Shown here piece after piece: positions 28,048 to 36,620 of a stretch of 64,000 nt of DNA. The DNA is from Verrucomicrobiia bacterium. GTDB taxonomy: Bacteria; Verrucomicrobiota; Verrucomicrobiia; Limisphaerales; UBA1100. The position numbers and the translations under genes are program-made. Location: assembly GCA_014239365.1 (NCBI GenBank), contig JAAZZB010000006.1, positions 75,189 to 139,188 of the forward strand. The letters run 5' to 3'. The notes under the pieces were generated by a model. It saw only the letters and a list, made by a program, of their open reading frames with translations, did not search any database and had not been told where the DNA came from. Position 1 is the first letter of the stretch, and each line of letters begins with the position of its first letter.

Positions 28048-28944
28048 ACCCCCCTTCCACCCCAGCCAACTCTTAAGCGTAACAATATCTTTCCGGATCG
28101 CTGCCACGTGTTGCGGAATCAGCTTGGGATCGCGGTGGTTCAAATATTCTTCGTGCAAATTGATGGGGCCGGTGAAACCGCTGGCAATGAGTTGGCGCGG
28201 GTATTTTTTGTCCACGATGCCTTCGGCGAGCGAGCAGTTTTTGCGGTTGTTATTTTCCCAACGGAAACTTTTTACGTACAACGCGCCGATGCGCGGACGC
28301 AGCAGATTCGCATTCAATGGCCACGCGCGCATCCCTTCGGCTTTGGCGTGGCTGAGATCGAACCCCACCGAAACGTGCGCGGGATCGTGCGCTTTGAAAA
28401 GGTCGTGCAAATCCCACAAAGGCGCACCGACGTAGTTGCTGCCGGAATGGTTTTGGTAAATCGCTTGGATTCCCAATTCTTTATTGAGCGCCACGAGGTT
28501 TTTTAGAATGGGCCGGAACTCGTCGAGTTGTTTTACAACAGATCGTTTGAGATCATATTTGTAATAACCCATTCGATAACGCTTCACGCCGAGCTTTGCA
28601 GCCACGCGAAGTTGCTGCACGTTGAGTTTGTCATCGGCGTTGTTAATGCCCGAGGCCATGATGGTGAGCTCGAGCTTTCGCTTGCGAAGGGCCTCCACCA
28701 TTTTGGGTAATTCATCGGGCACTTGCTCGGGCGTGATGTGGCCGCCGGGGCGGATGGTGCCCTCAATGCCATCAAAGCCCAGCTCGGCAATGAGGTCGGC
28801 CAAGTCATCATAGCTCAATGATTGGAAAGGCTTGGTGAACACACAAAATGGATTGCGCCGTTTGACTCCCAGCGTTTCGGCGGCGAGCAATGGCGCGGCC
28901 ACGGCGGCGCTTGTAGTGGTTGCGAGAAATTGTCGGCGTTGCAT
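28042..28944 (-). CDS. Tat-exported sugar phosphate isomerase/epimerase (xylose isomerase-like TIM barrel)
   Basis: QRRQFL Tat motif, FTKP, GFDGIE, YQNHSG, FDLSH, NLHEEY. Confidence 0.88.
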   Translation of the reverse strand: MQRRQFLATTTSAAVAAPLLAAETLGVKRRNPFCVFTKPFQSLSYDDLADLIAELGFDGIEGTIRPGGHITPEQVPDELPKMVEALRKRKLELTIMASGINNADDKLNVQQLRVAAKLGVKRYRMGYYKYDLKRSVVKQLDEFRPILKNLVALNKELGIQAIYQNHSGSNYVGAPLWDLHDLFKAHDPAHVSVGFDLSHAKAEGMRAWPLNANLLRPRIGALYVKSFRWENNNRKNCSLAEGIVDKKYPRQLIASGFTGPINLHEEYLNHRDPKLIPQHVAAIRKDIVTLKSWLGWKGGK

Positions 28945-29032
28945 AGGCCGACTGTGCCGCGCGCGCGCGCGGGCGTCCATCATTTAACCTTCCGCCCGAC
29001 GCATCGCCTCCGTAGGATGCCGCCGCTTTCCG

Positions 29033-30352
29033 ATGGATTCCTCCAAGGCACTTGATCAACAAACCATCTTCCGCACGTGGCTTCCGCTCGCGGCGAGTTG
29101 GCTATTGATGGGCGCGGAGCTGCCGCTGCTCAGCGCGGTGGTGGCGCGCCTTGCCGATCCGGATATTCATTTGGCAGCGTACAGCGGCATTGTGTTTCCG
29201 CTGGCGCTGGTGATTGAGTCGCCGATTATTATGCTGCTCACCGCGTCCACCGCGCTGAGCCGCAGCATGCGCGCGTACAAAAAAATGTGGCGGATGATGA
29301 CGTGGATGAGCGTAGTGCTGACAGTGCTGCACGTGGCGATCGCGTTCACGCCATTGTACGATTTCATCGCGCTGAAAATTCTCAATGCCCCGGTAGACAT
29401 CATCGAGCCCGGCCGCATTGGGTTGCAAATCATGACGCCGTGGACGTGGGCCATCGCGCATCGGCGATTTAATCAGGGCGTGCTCATTCGCTTTGGTCAA
29501 TCCGGCGCAGTCGGCTGGGGCACGGCGATGCGATTGGTGGCGGATGTGATTGTCCTCGCCATTGGTTTTGCGTTGTACGATGTCGCCGGCATCGTGGTGG
29601 CTACGGCGGCGGTGGCGGCGGGTGTGCTGGCGGAGGCGGCGTATATTCGCTGGAAAGTGCAGGCGGTGATCACCGGCCCATTGCGCGAAGCAAGCAACGG
29701 GAAAGGCCCGGCCATCACGCAACGCGAAGTGATTTTGTTTTATTTGCCGATTGCCTTCGCGCCCACGATTGGGTTGCTCGGCCAGCCGATGCTCACCGGT
29801 GCGATGGGTCGGATGGATGTGCCATTGCTCACGCTGGCAGTGTGGCCCACGGTGAACAGCCTCATCTTTATGCTACGCGCCGCGGGCATCGCGTACACGG
29901 AAGTGGTGGTGGCGCTGCTCGATCGCCCCGGCGGCTTACGCCAGTTGCGGCGGTTCACCGTGTGGCTGAGCCTCGGGCTGAGTGTGCCGTTGCTGGTTTT
30001 GTGCACGACGCCGTTGATTGATATTTGGTTCGACCGCTTCATCGGACTGCGGCCGGAACTGGCCGCGCTGGGCAAATCGGCATTGTGGTTTGCGGTGTTG
30101 ATGCCGCCGGTTACTGCGTGGGGATGTTATTTTGAGGGCTTACTCATCCACCACAAACGCAGCGCGCCGGTGACTGAAGCGGTGGTGTTTTTTATTGTCA
30201 CGCTGTTTGGCTTTCTGTTTTTTGCCGTGCAAACCCAAAGCATGCCGGGCCTGAACGCGGCCGTGTGCGCGATGACGCTCGGCGGCGTGGTGCAAATGCT
30301 ATGGCTCTGGCGACGCAGCCACGGCATCGCCCTCGAATATTTGGAGAAATAA
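29033..30352 (+). CDS. MOP-superfamily 12-TM transporter, ANKH/MATE-like
   Basis: Two similar halves (TWLPLAA / FYLPIAF), HLAAYS..VFPL...ESP; 12 hydrophobic segments. Confidence 0.7.
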   Translation: MDSSKALDQQTIFRTWLPLAASWLLMGAELPLLSAVVARLADPDIHLAAYSGIVFPLALVIESPIIMLLTASTALSRSMRAYKKMWRMMTWMSVVLTVLHVAIAFTPLYDFIALKILNAPVDIIEPGRIGLQIMTPWTWAIAHRRFNQGVLIRFGQSGAVGWGTAMRLVADVIVLAIGFALYDVAGIVVATAAVAAGVLAEAAYIRWKVQAVITGPLREASNGKGPAITQREVILFYLPIAFAPTIGLLGQPMLTGAMGRMDVPLLTLAVWPTVNSLIFMLRAAGIAYTEVVVALLDRPGGLRQLRRFTVWLSLGLSVPLLVLCTTPLIDIWFDRFIGLRPELAALGKSALWFAVLMPPVTAWGCYFEGLLIHHKRSAPVTEAVVFFIVTLFGFLFFAVQTQSMPGLNAAVCAMTLGGVVQMLWLWRRSHGIALEYLEK

Positions 30353-30447
30353 TCGCTAAGGTTTTCGCTTGGCCCGTCATTTCTTCCCGACGACTGAGAT
30401 CAGTATTTTTTTGGGAAAAAAACGCCAAGGTCGTGTAGGTTGTTGCA

Positions 30448-30999
30448 ATGAACGAGCCGAACGCCGGAGAACAACATCGGATTCACGTGCAACAATTGTT
30501 CGTGAAACATCAGGGCGTGCTCAAGGGGTACGTGCTAGGGTTGGTGCCGGAATTTGCTTCGGCGGAGGATGTGCTGCAGGAAGTTTTTTTGACGGTGACG
30601 GCCAAGGCGGATCAGTTTGAAGAAGGCAGCAACTTCGTCGCGTGGGCGCGCAGCATTGCGCGGTTTAAGGTGATGGAACACTGGCGCGCGCGACGGGGCG
30701 AACCGCAGGCGCTCAGCAACGAAGTGCTCGAATCGCTGGCGGCTTCCGCGCCGGATGAGGTGCCGGAAGAACAAAGTGAACGCGAGCGGGCGCTCAAAGG
30801 CTGCCTCGCACAACTCTCGCCCACGGTGCGCGAGTTGGTGGAGCTAAGATACGCGCAGGAACATAAGCCCGCCGAGATTGCGCGCATCAAAAACTGGACG
30901 CCCGAGGCGGTGTACGTCGCCCTCTCCCGCGCGCGCGCGGCATTGCGGGTGTGTTTGCAAAAACAGTTGGCGCTATCCGGCAAGGGGGAAGGGATTTGA
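30448..30999 (+). CDS. ECF sigma factor (PVC type)
   Basis: AEDVLQEVF, FEEGSNFVAWARSIARFKV, VYVALSRARAALRVCL. Confidence 0.93.
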   Translation: MNEPNAGEQHRIHVQQLFVKHQGVLKGYVLGLVPEFASAEDVLQEVFLTVTAKADQFEEGSNFVAWARSIARFKVMEHWRARRGEPQALSNEVLESLAASAPDEVPEEQSERERALKGCLAQLSPTVRELVELRYAQEHKPAEIARIKNWTPEAVYVALSRARAALRVCLQKQLALSGKGEGI

Positions 31000-31176
31000 T
31001 TTGATCGCGGCTAAAATTTTTGGCGAAGGGAATGGTTTTCCCGCGCCACAACAAATGTCCCTTGGGACTGGTTGGGTACAGACAGCACGGCGGTTTCCTG
31101 CCGCGTTTGGATCGGGGCTCCGCCCGGTGCAGCGCGGTGGGAGCCGTTCGTGCAACCCATTAAATCTGGAGACTGA

Positions 31177-32616
31177 ATGATGGAAGATAAACGACTCGCC
31201 CGTCTATTGGACGGGCACTTTGACGGCACACTAAAATCCGCCGACCGGCTGGAACTCGAAACGCTGCTGCGCGAAAGCGAGCAAGCCCGCGCCGAGTACT
31301 GGGCGCACGCCCAATTGCACAGCGATCTGCACGGCGCGCTGCGTCTGCCCGCTGCTGCGCCGGAGCCGCGCCCCACGCCAATGCAGCGTTGGCGGCATCT
31401 TATGCCCCGCCCCGCCCGTCGCATTCTTGCCCACGCCGCCGTGGTGGCCGCGTGCCTCGCCTTCGTTTGGTGGGCCCGCCAGCCGACTGCACCAGCACAA
31501 TCGGAGCCGGTTTATGTCGCCGTCATCGGCCATCTCAATTCAGTTAAGAGCCTGCAAAATTTCCAACCCGGCCAAGCCATTGCCACCGGTGAACTGGAAA
31601 TAAAAAATGGCCTGTTGGAATTGAAATTTTTCAACGCCGCCACCGTCACGCTGCAAGGCCCCGCGCGACTGGAGCTGCGCTCAATGGATCGGCTGGTGCT
31701 GCACCACGGTCGCCTCGCCGCGCGTGTGCCGGAAACGGCAATCGGGTTCACTGTCGAAACACCCGCCGGCAAAATCATCGACCTCGGCACCGAGTTTGGC
31801 GTCCACGTCCGCGACGATGGCACGATGGAAACGCACGTGTTCGAAGGCGAAGTGGATGTGGCCTTGCCGCGTCAGTCCACGCACCGACTCACCGCCGGCA
31901 CCGCACTCAATGTTTCCACCGAAGGCACCGCGCAGGAAGCCCCCGCCAATCCCGCGCAATTCCCGCGCTCCGTAACGCAATTGGATCAACTCCTGCTCAA
32001 TCCCGGTTTCGAGCCGGGCACGCCTGTTTATAGTTATGGCATCCCGCACGCGCCCGGCCGATGGAGCGGCGATCTCGCCGTCATCACCGGCCCCGAGATG
32101 GGCATCCAACCCAAGACCGGCAAAGGAATGCTGCGCTTCGATCGCTCCATCCATTTGCTCACCGAAGAGGACACCGAAGAATCCCACGCCGCCAGCGAGC
32201 AATGGCAAATCATTGACCTCCGCCCCCTCAAAGCCAACGCGCCGCGCGCCGCCTTCACCGCCACCGCCCGCGCATACTTCAATCGCATCGACGCCGGAGC
32301 CTCCACCGACACCCGTTTTGAAATCGGCCTCTACGCCTACGCCGGCACCCCCACCGATGCCCATGCGCATTGGAAAAATCACAGCCGCCGCCTTGCCGGC
32401 CATTTCAGCGGCATCAACACCGATGCCAACCCCGCCACCTGGCAGCCCGCCGAAGCGCGCCTCACCATCCCCGCCGAAGCCGATTTCATTCTACTGCGCC
32501 TCTACGCCGTGGAAGATATCGCCGATGAACACCCCCAACAAACCGAATTCGCCGGCCACTACGCCGACGCCGTCCAACTCACCCTCCAACGCGCCCCCCT
32601 CCCCGCCACGCGCTAA
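31177..32616 (+). CDS. FecR-domain anti-sigma factor
   Basis: N-terminal LLDGHFDG..LE.LL helix, TM segment, GFTVETPAGKIIDLGTEFGV...HVFEGEV. Confidence 0.9.
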   Translation: MMEDKRLARLLDGHFDGTLKSADRLELETLLRESEQARAEYWAHAQLHSDLHGALRLPAAAPEPRPTPMQRWRHLMPRPARRILAHAAVVAACLAFVWWARQPTAPAQSEPVYVAVIGHLNSVKSLQNFQPGQAIATGELEIKNGLLELKFFNAATVTLQGPARLELRSMDRLVLHHGRLAARVPETAIGFTVETPAGKIIDLGTEFGVHVRDDGTMETHVFEGEVDVALPRQSTHRLTAGTALNVSTEGTAQEAPANPAQFPRSVTQLDQLLLNPGFEPGTPVYSYGIPHAPGRWSGDLAVITGPEMGIQPKTGKGMLRFDRSIHLLTEEDTEESHAASEQWQIIDLRPLKANAPRAAFTATARAYFNRIDAGASTDTRFEIGLYAYAGTPTDAHAHWKNHSRRLAGHFSGINTDANPATWQPAEARLTIPAEADFILLRLYAVEDIADEHPQQTEFAGHYADAVQLTLQRAPLPATR

Positions 32617-32652
32617 ATGGAAAAGTAAAATCAGCAATCATTGTAGCGGCGC

Positions 32653-33990
32653 TCAATGACCGCCGCTACGGTCCACGCCCTCGCGATGGTGCTTGCTCAG
32701 CCGCTCGAGTTTTTCACCCCATAACTTCTGCGCCATCTCGCGGGCGGGGACGAACGGGCATTTGGGCTTCGGATTTGCGTGTGTGACATCCTGATGACGC
32801 AGCGCGTATTGCGCGCCGGTGAGCACAGCGTCGCTGCCCCATTGGCTTTCGAGGTGCTGCATCGCGGCATCCAACGCACCCCAGCGTTCGGCATCGGTGG
32901 TGCCCCACAGCGTCGGCTGCGTGTCCAGTGGTTTGAGGTTGCAAAAACAAATCCGAATCTGCCGCACGGGCTGCACGTGGCCGGCCATCGTTTCATCAAA
33001 CAATTCCTCGAGCACGGTGTTGATCGTGGAATTCAGAAACTGCGGATGATCAAAGCGATGCCCCGCGCCGCTTTCCGAAAAATCCGTGAAGCGAATGGCC
33101 AAACTCATCTCGCGCGCCTGCAACCCTTCGCGCCGCAGTTGGCCGATCAGCCGCGTGCTTTCGCTGAGCGCGAAGATCAGCGCCGCCTCATAATCCGGCT
33201 CGTCGAAGGGCAGCGTGGTGCTGCTGGAAATCGTCGTGCGCGCTTTCACCTCCAACAACAGCGGCTCGTTCCAATGCCCGTTGGCGAAGAGCCAAAGTTG
33301 CTGGCCCCAAATGCCGAACTTTTGTTTCAGCATCGTCGAGGGCAACCGCGCCACATCGCCAAACGTCCGCGCGCCCAGCACCGCCAGCGAACGCTCGCGC
33401 CGCTTGCCCACGCCCGCCAATTCGCTGACGTGTCGTTCGGCCAAAAATTCTTTTTCGCAATCCGGCGGCACCTCCACAAACCCCGGCTTCGCCGCGCTCG
33501 TCGCCAGCTTTGCCATCCACGTGCTGCGCCCGAGGCCCGCGGACACCGGCAGCCGCAGCTCATCCTGAATCCGCGCGCGCAAGCCATTCACATAATCCGC
33601 CGCCGTCGCCACGGTGGTCTCGCGCCAGACGTGCGTGCCCATCGCCGTCAAATCCAGAAACCCCTCGTCGATGGACATCGGCACCAACGTCGGCGAGTAA
33701 TCCTCCATGATCTGAAACATCGCCTTCGAAAGCCGCCGATACTCATCATACTGCGGCCGCGCCAGCACCCCGTGCGGACACACCCGCTTTGCCTCAAAAC
33801 ACGCCATCCCCGTGTGAATCCCAAACCGCTTCGCCTGACGATTGGCGGCAATCACAATCCCATCCCCACGCCGCCCGCCGCCCACCCACACCGGCCGCCC
33901 CGACAACGAGGCATCCAGCGCCACCTCGCAACTAGCAAAAAAGGTGTCGCCATCCACATGCAAAATTCGACTGGGCTGCCGGGTAATCAT
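32653..33990 (-). CDS. dinB: Y-family DNA polymerase IV
   Basis: ILHVDGDTFFASCE, AKRFGIHTGM, SIDEGFLD, AKLA...KP, LAGVGK. Confidence 0.9.
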   Translation of the reverse strand: MITRQPSRILHVDGDTFFASCEVALDASLSGRPVWVGGGRRGDGIVIAANRQAKRFGIHTGMACFEAKRVCPHGVLARPQYDEYRRLSKAMFQIMEDYSPTLVPMSIDEGFLDLTAMGTHVWRETTVATAADYVNGLRARIQDELRLPVSAGLGRSTWMAKLATSAAKPGFVEVPPDCEKEFLAERHVSELAGVGKRRERSLAVLGARTFGDVARLPSTMLKQKFGIWGQQLWLFANGHWNEPLLLEVKARTTISSSTTLPFDEPDYEAALIFALSESTRLIGQLRREGLQAREMSLAIRFTDFSESGAGHRFDHPQFLNSTINTVLEELFDETMAGHVQPVRQIRICFCNLKPLDTQPTLWGTTDAERWGALDAAMQHLESQWGSDAVLTGAQYALRHQDVTHANPKPKCPFVPAREMAQKLWGEKLERLSKHHREGVDRSGGH

Positions 33991-34368
33991 CGGAATTCCT
34001 CTCCACTCTCCGCGCAAAATCACGCGCTGTCAATGTGAGGGAAAAGGTGGGACAAAGAAGGTCTGAGAGCGCAATTTATCCCACTCGCCGCACTTCAAAA
34101 TGCCGATGCTTGCGCTTGGCTTTGGTGACTTCGAAGGCGAGGCTGGCGTCGAACAAGGCCGCGATGCGGGCGGCAGGCAACGCACGCGGAACGGTCTTTC
34201 TTTTTCATCACGCCGCAGAGTATCGGAGGCAAATAGACTTATCGTTCTTTTGCTCCTCACACCGCTCGCAATCCACAGTTACCTTACCAACTAAAACAAG
34301 ATTTACCGTTGGAAATTCCTCTGTTTTACCCTTGTCCAAAATGGCTTGCGGCGGCATAAATTTCAGCC

Positions 34369-34821
34369 GTGAAACCATTTCGACTTACTTGGATTTTGAT
34401 GGCGGCGGTAATTTGCAACGCAACGGCGGACGACATTCGTGGCGAGGTGGAGTTCAGCATCAACGCGAGGGCAAAGACGACCAAAGCGGGGACGCCCTTT
34501 GCATTAGAGCTGGAATACAACATCGCCCCCGGCTGGCACATCGGTCCGCAAACATCGAAAGTCACCATCCCCACTGAGCTGGAGTGGACGCTGCCCGAGG
34601 GGGTGAAGCTGGTGAAAGTGGAATGGCCGGAGCTGAATTATTTTGGCAACCCGCCCGGCTTTCAAGGCAAAGTGATTCTCCACGCCAAACTGCAAGCGGC
34701 GAAGGACTTAAAGCCCGGCGCGAAATTAACCATCGGCGTCCGTTCATCGTGGCAAGTGTGCAAAGGCATTTGTAAACTGGGCGAGGCGACGAAGTTGGTG
34801 AAGGTGACGGTTGCAAAATAA
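34369..34821 (+). CDS. Exported DsbD N-terminal-domain (thiol-disulfide) protein
   Basis: Signal peptide; IAPGWHI, PTELEWTLPEG, EWPE, WQVCKGIC (CxxxC). Confidence 0.85.
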   Translation: MKPFRLTWILMAAVICNATADDIRGEVEFSINARAKTTKAGTPFALELEYNIAPGWHIGPQTSKVTIPTELEWTLPEGVKLVKVEWPELNYFGNPPGFQGKVILHAKLQAAKDLKPGAKLTIGVRSSWQVCKGICKLGEATKLVKVTVAK

Positions 34822-34837
34822 AACACATCAAAAATTT

Positions 34838-36043
34838 ATGAAAACACAAACTCTCTTCAAAACCTTCGCAACGCTCACCGCCCTCGGCACGGCCGCTGCC
34901 GCGTACGCGGTGGATTTCGCACCGCCGCTAATGATGCAGGCCAACGGCCAACCCATCAGCACCGAATCCCCCGGCTACGCCGCGCCGTGTTGGGCGGATG
35001 TGGATGGCGACGGCAAAAAAGATTTGCTCGTCGGCCAGTTTGCCGGCGGAAAAATTCAGGTGTTCAAAAACACCGGTGACAACAAACTCGCCGCCGGCCA
35101 ATGGCTGCAGGCCGACGGCAAAACCGCTAAAGTCCCCGGCGTATGGTGATGCACCAGCTCGACTCCACAGTTTGTGGATCTCAATAACGACGGACACCCC
35201 GACATTCTTTCCGGTTCTTACTCGTGGAATGAGCGGGGAATGGCCGGCATTTTCCAAGTGCTCTGGGGCCAACCCGGCGGTGGTTTCAAGCAACCCACCC
35301 CACTGCAAGGCACCGACGGCAAGCCGCTGATTATTCTGCCAGACGATAAAAAAACCCCCACCCTCGCCCGCATCTGCACCCGGCCCACCGCTGCGGATTG
35401 GGATGGCGACGGCCACATCGACCTCGTGGTCGGCAACTTCGGCGGCAGCTTTTATCTCTTCAAAGGCGAAGGCAAAGGCAAGTTCGCGCCCAAAGCCACA
35501 AAACTCACTTCCGGCGGCAAAGCCCTTGAAGTCCGACACCACAGTGACCCCTTCGTCATCGACTGGGATGCCGATGGCGACCTCGATCTCCTTAGCGGAG
35601 CATCCGGCGGCGGCGTGCACTGGGCCGAAAACACCGCCGGCAAAGGCAAAGCCCCGACGCTCAAACCGTTCAAAGCCATCATCGCCTCCGGCCCCAAACG
35701 CGAATACGGCGCGATGCTTAAAGAAGCCGACCTCGACGGCCCCGGCAGCGACACCCGCATTTGGGTGGACGACATCAACGGCGACGGCAAGCTCGACCTC
35801 CTTGTTGGCGACTCCGTGCAACTCGTTTCCCCAGCCAAAGGCTTGACCGAAAAAGAGTACCACAAACAAAAAGCCGCGTGGAAAGTTGAGAAAGACAAAT
35901 GCATCGCAATACTCAGCAATCGGAAATCGAAAAAAGCTGAGAAACGCGCCGCCGGCAAAAAGATGAACAATCTACACAACCAACGCAAAGATTTCGAAAT
36001 CACCAAAAGCACCGGCTACGTGTGGCTCTATTTGCAGAAGTAA
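34838..36043 (+). CDS. Secreted FG-GAP/VCBS repeat protein, candidate selenoprotein (in-frame TGA at 35147-35149, codon 104)
   Basis: ORFs 34811-35149 and 35174-36043 are in frame: VPGVW-TGA-CTSSTPQFVDLNNDGHPDIL; five DxxGDG-type repeats; SECIS-like hairpin follows. Confidence 0.8.
35161..35180 (+). promoter_or_regulatory. Candidate bacterial SECIS element
   Basis: GA(C bulge)TCCACA-GTT-TGTGGA-TC, starting 11 nt after the TGA; loop begins GU. Confidence 0.65.
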
Positions 36044-36094
36044 GGTAGGGACGCGCTGCCGCGCGTCCAGGACACGCGGCAGCGTGTCCCTACC
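36044..36094. repeat. GTAG-type REP doublet
   Basis: GGTAGGGACGCGCTGCCGCGCGTCC-A-GGACACGCGGCAGCGTGTCCCTACC between convergent genes. Confidence 0.85.
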
Positions 36095-36104
36095 ATCACC
36101 AACT

Positions 36105-36620
36105 TCACTTCTTCAGCTTAAACGAATCAAAAAACTTTTCCGCGCTTTTGAAAGCTATGTCGTTCGCCTTGGCGACGAGGGTGAGTTGATACACTCGCGT
36201 GCCCACCACATACAAACGCGTGTGCACGGAGTAGTCGCCGGGCGGCGCGGCGGTTAATTTAAATTCACGGCCCTCGTGTTCCCCCAACTTAATGGCTTTA
36301 GGAATAGCGGGCTTGCCTTTCACATTTTTCGCCATGCCCTTTGCCATCAAATCCAGTAACTTTCCCGGCGGCGTGGTCTTCAAAAATGCCTCCGGATAAT
36401 CGTGCGTGGCCACGCGCCACACCGTGTCCTTGTTCGGCGTGTGCGAGTGCGCAGTAATTTTCACCACGCCAAATGGATAACGATTCTGCCCGCTTTTCAC
36501 CGTTACTTTTCCCGGCATAGAAATGGCAAATTTTCCATCGGGCGATTTATACTCGGGCCAATCAGCGGCGTGCAAACAAGGGGCCAACATGAATGCAAAA
36601 ATCAGTACGCGTATTTTCAT
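36105..36620 (-). CDS. Secreted hypothetical protein (PsbP/DUF1795-like PVC family)
   Basis: Signal peptide MKIRVLIFAFMLAPCLHA; W.EYKSPDGKFAISMPG...GHEGREF-like segment...RVYQL...KFFDSFKL. Confidence 0.7.
   Translation of the reverse strand: MKIRVLIFAFMLAPCLHAADWPEYKSPDGKFAISMPGKVTVKSGQNRYPFGVVKITAHSHTPNKDTVWRVATHDYPEAFLKTTPPGKLLDLMAKGMAKNVKGKPAIPKAIKLGEHEGREFKLTAAPPGDYSVHTRLYVVGTRVYQLTLVAKANDIAFKSAEKFFDSFKLKK

Noticed and set aside
27915-28085. 57-aa N-terminal extension of Dtd in the ORF track
   Set aside because: It is translation of the heptamer palindromic repeat; the canonical MIAVLQR start is at 27914.
31021-31060. Cobalamin riboswitch (AGGGAA...GCCAC resemblance)
   Set aside because: Lacks the T-loop and full B12-box spacing, and the downstream gene is unrelated; kept only as an unknown structured spacer.
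33991-34368. LexA/SOS box or imuA/lexA remnant upstream of dinB
   Set aside because: I found no TGTTC-N4-GAACA or other SOS palindrome and no recognisable LexA or ImuA coding fragment.
35147-35149. Genome-wide UGA reassignment (genetic code 4 or 25)
   Set aside because: TGA acts as a normal stop in other genes (30999, 44198, 57844, 61823) and no other gene shows an internal TGA, so this is site-specific recoding or a nonsense mutation.
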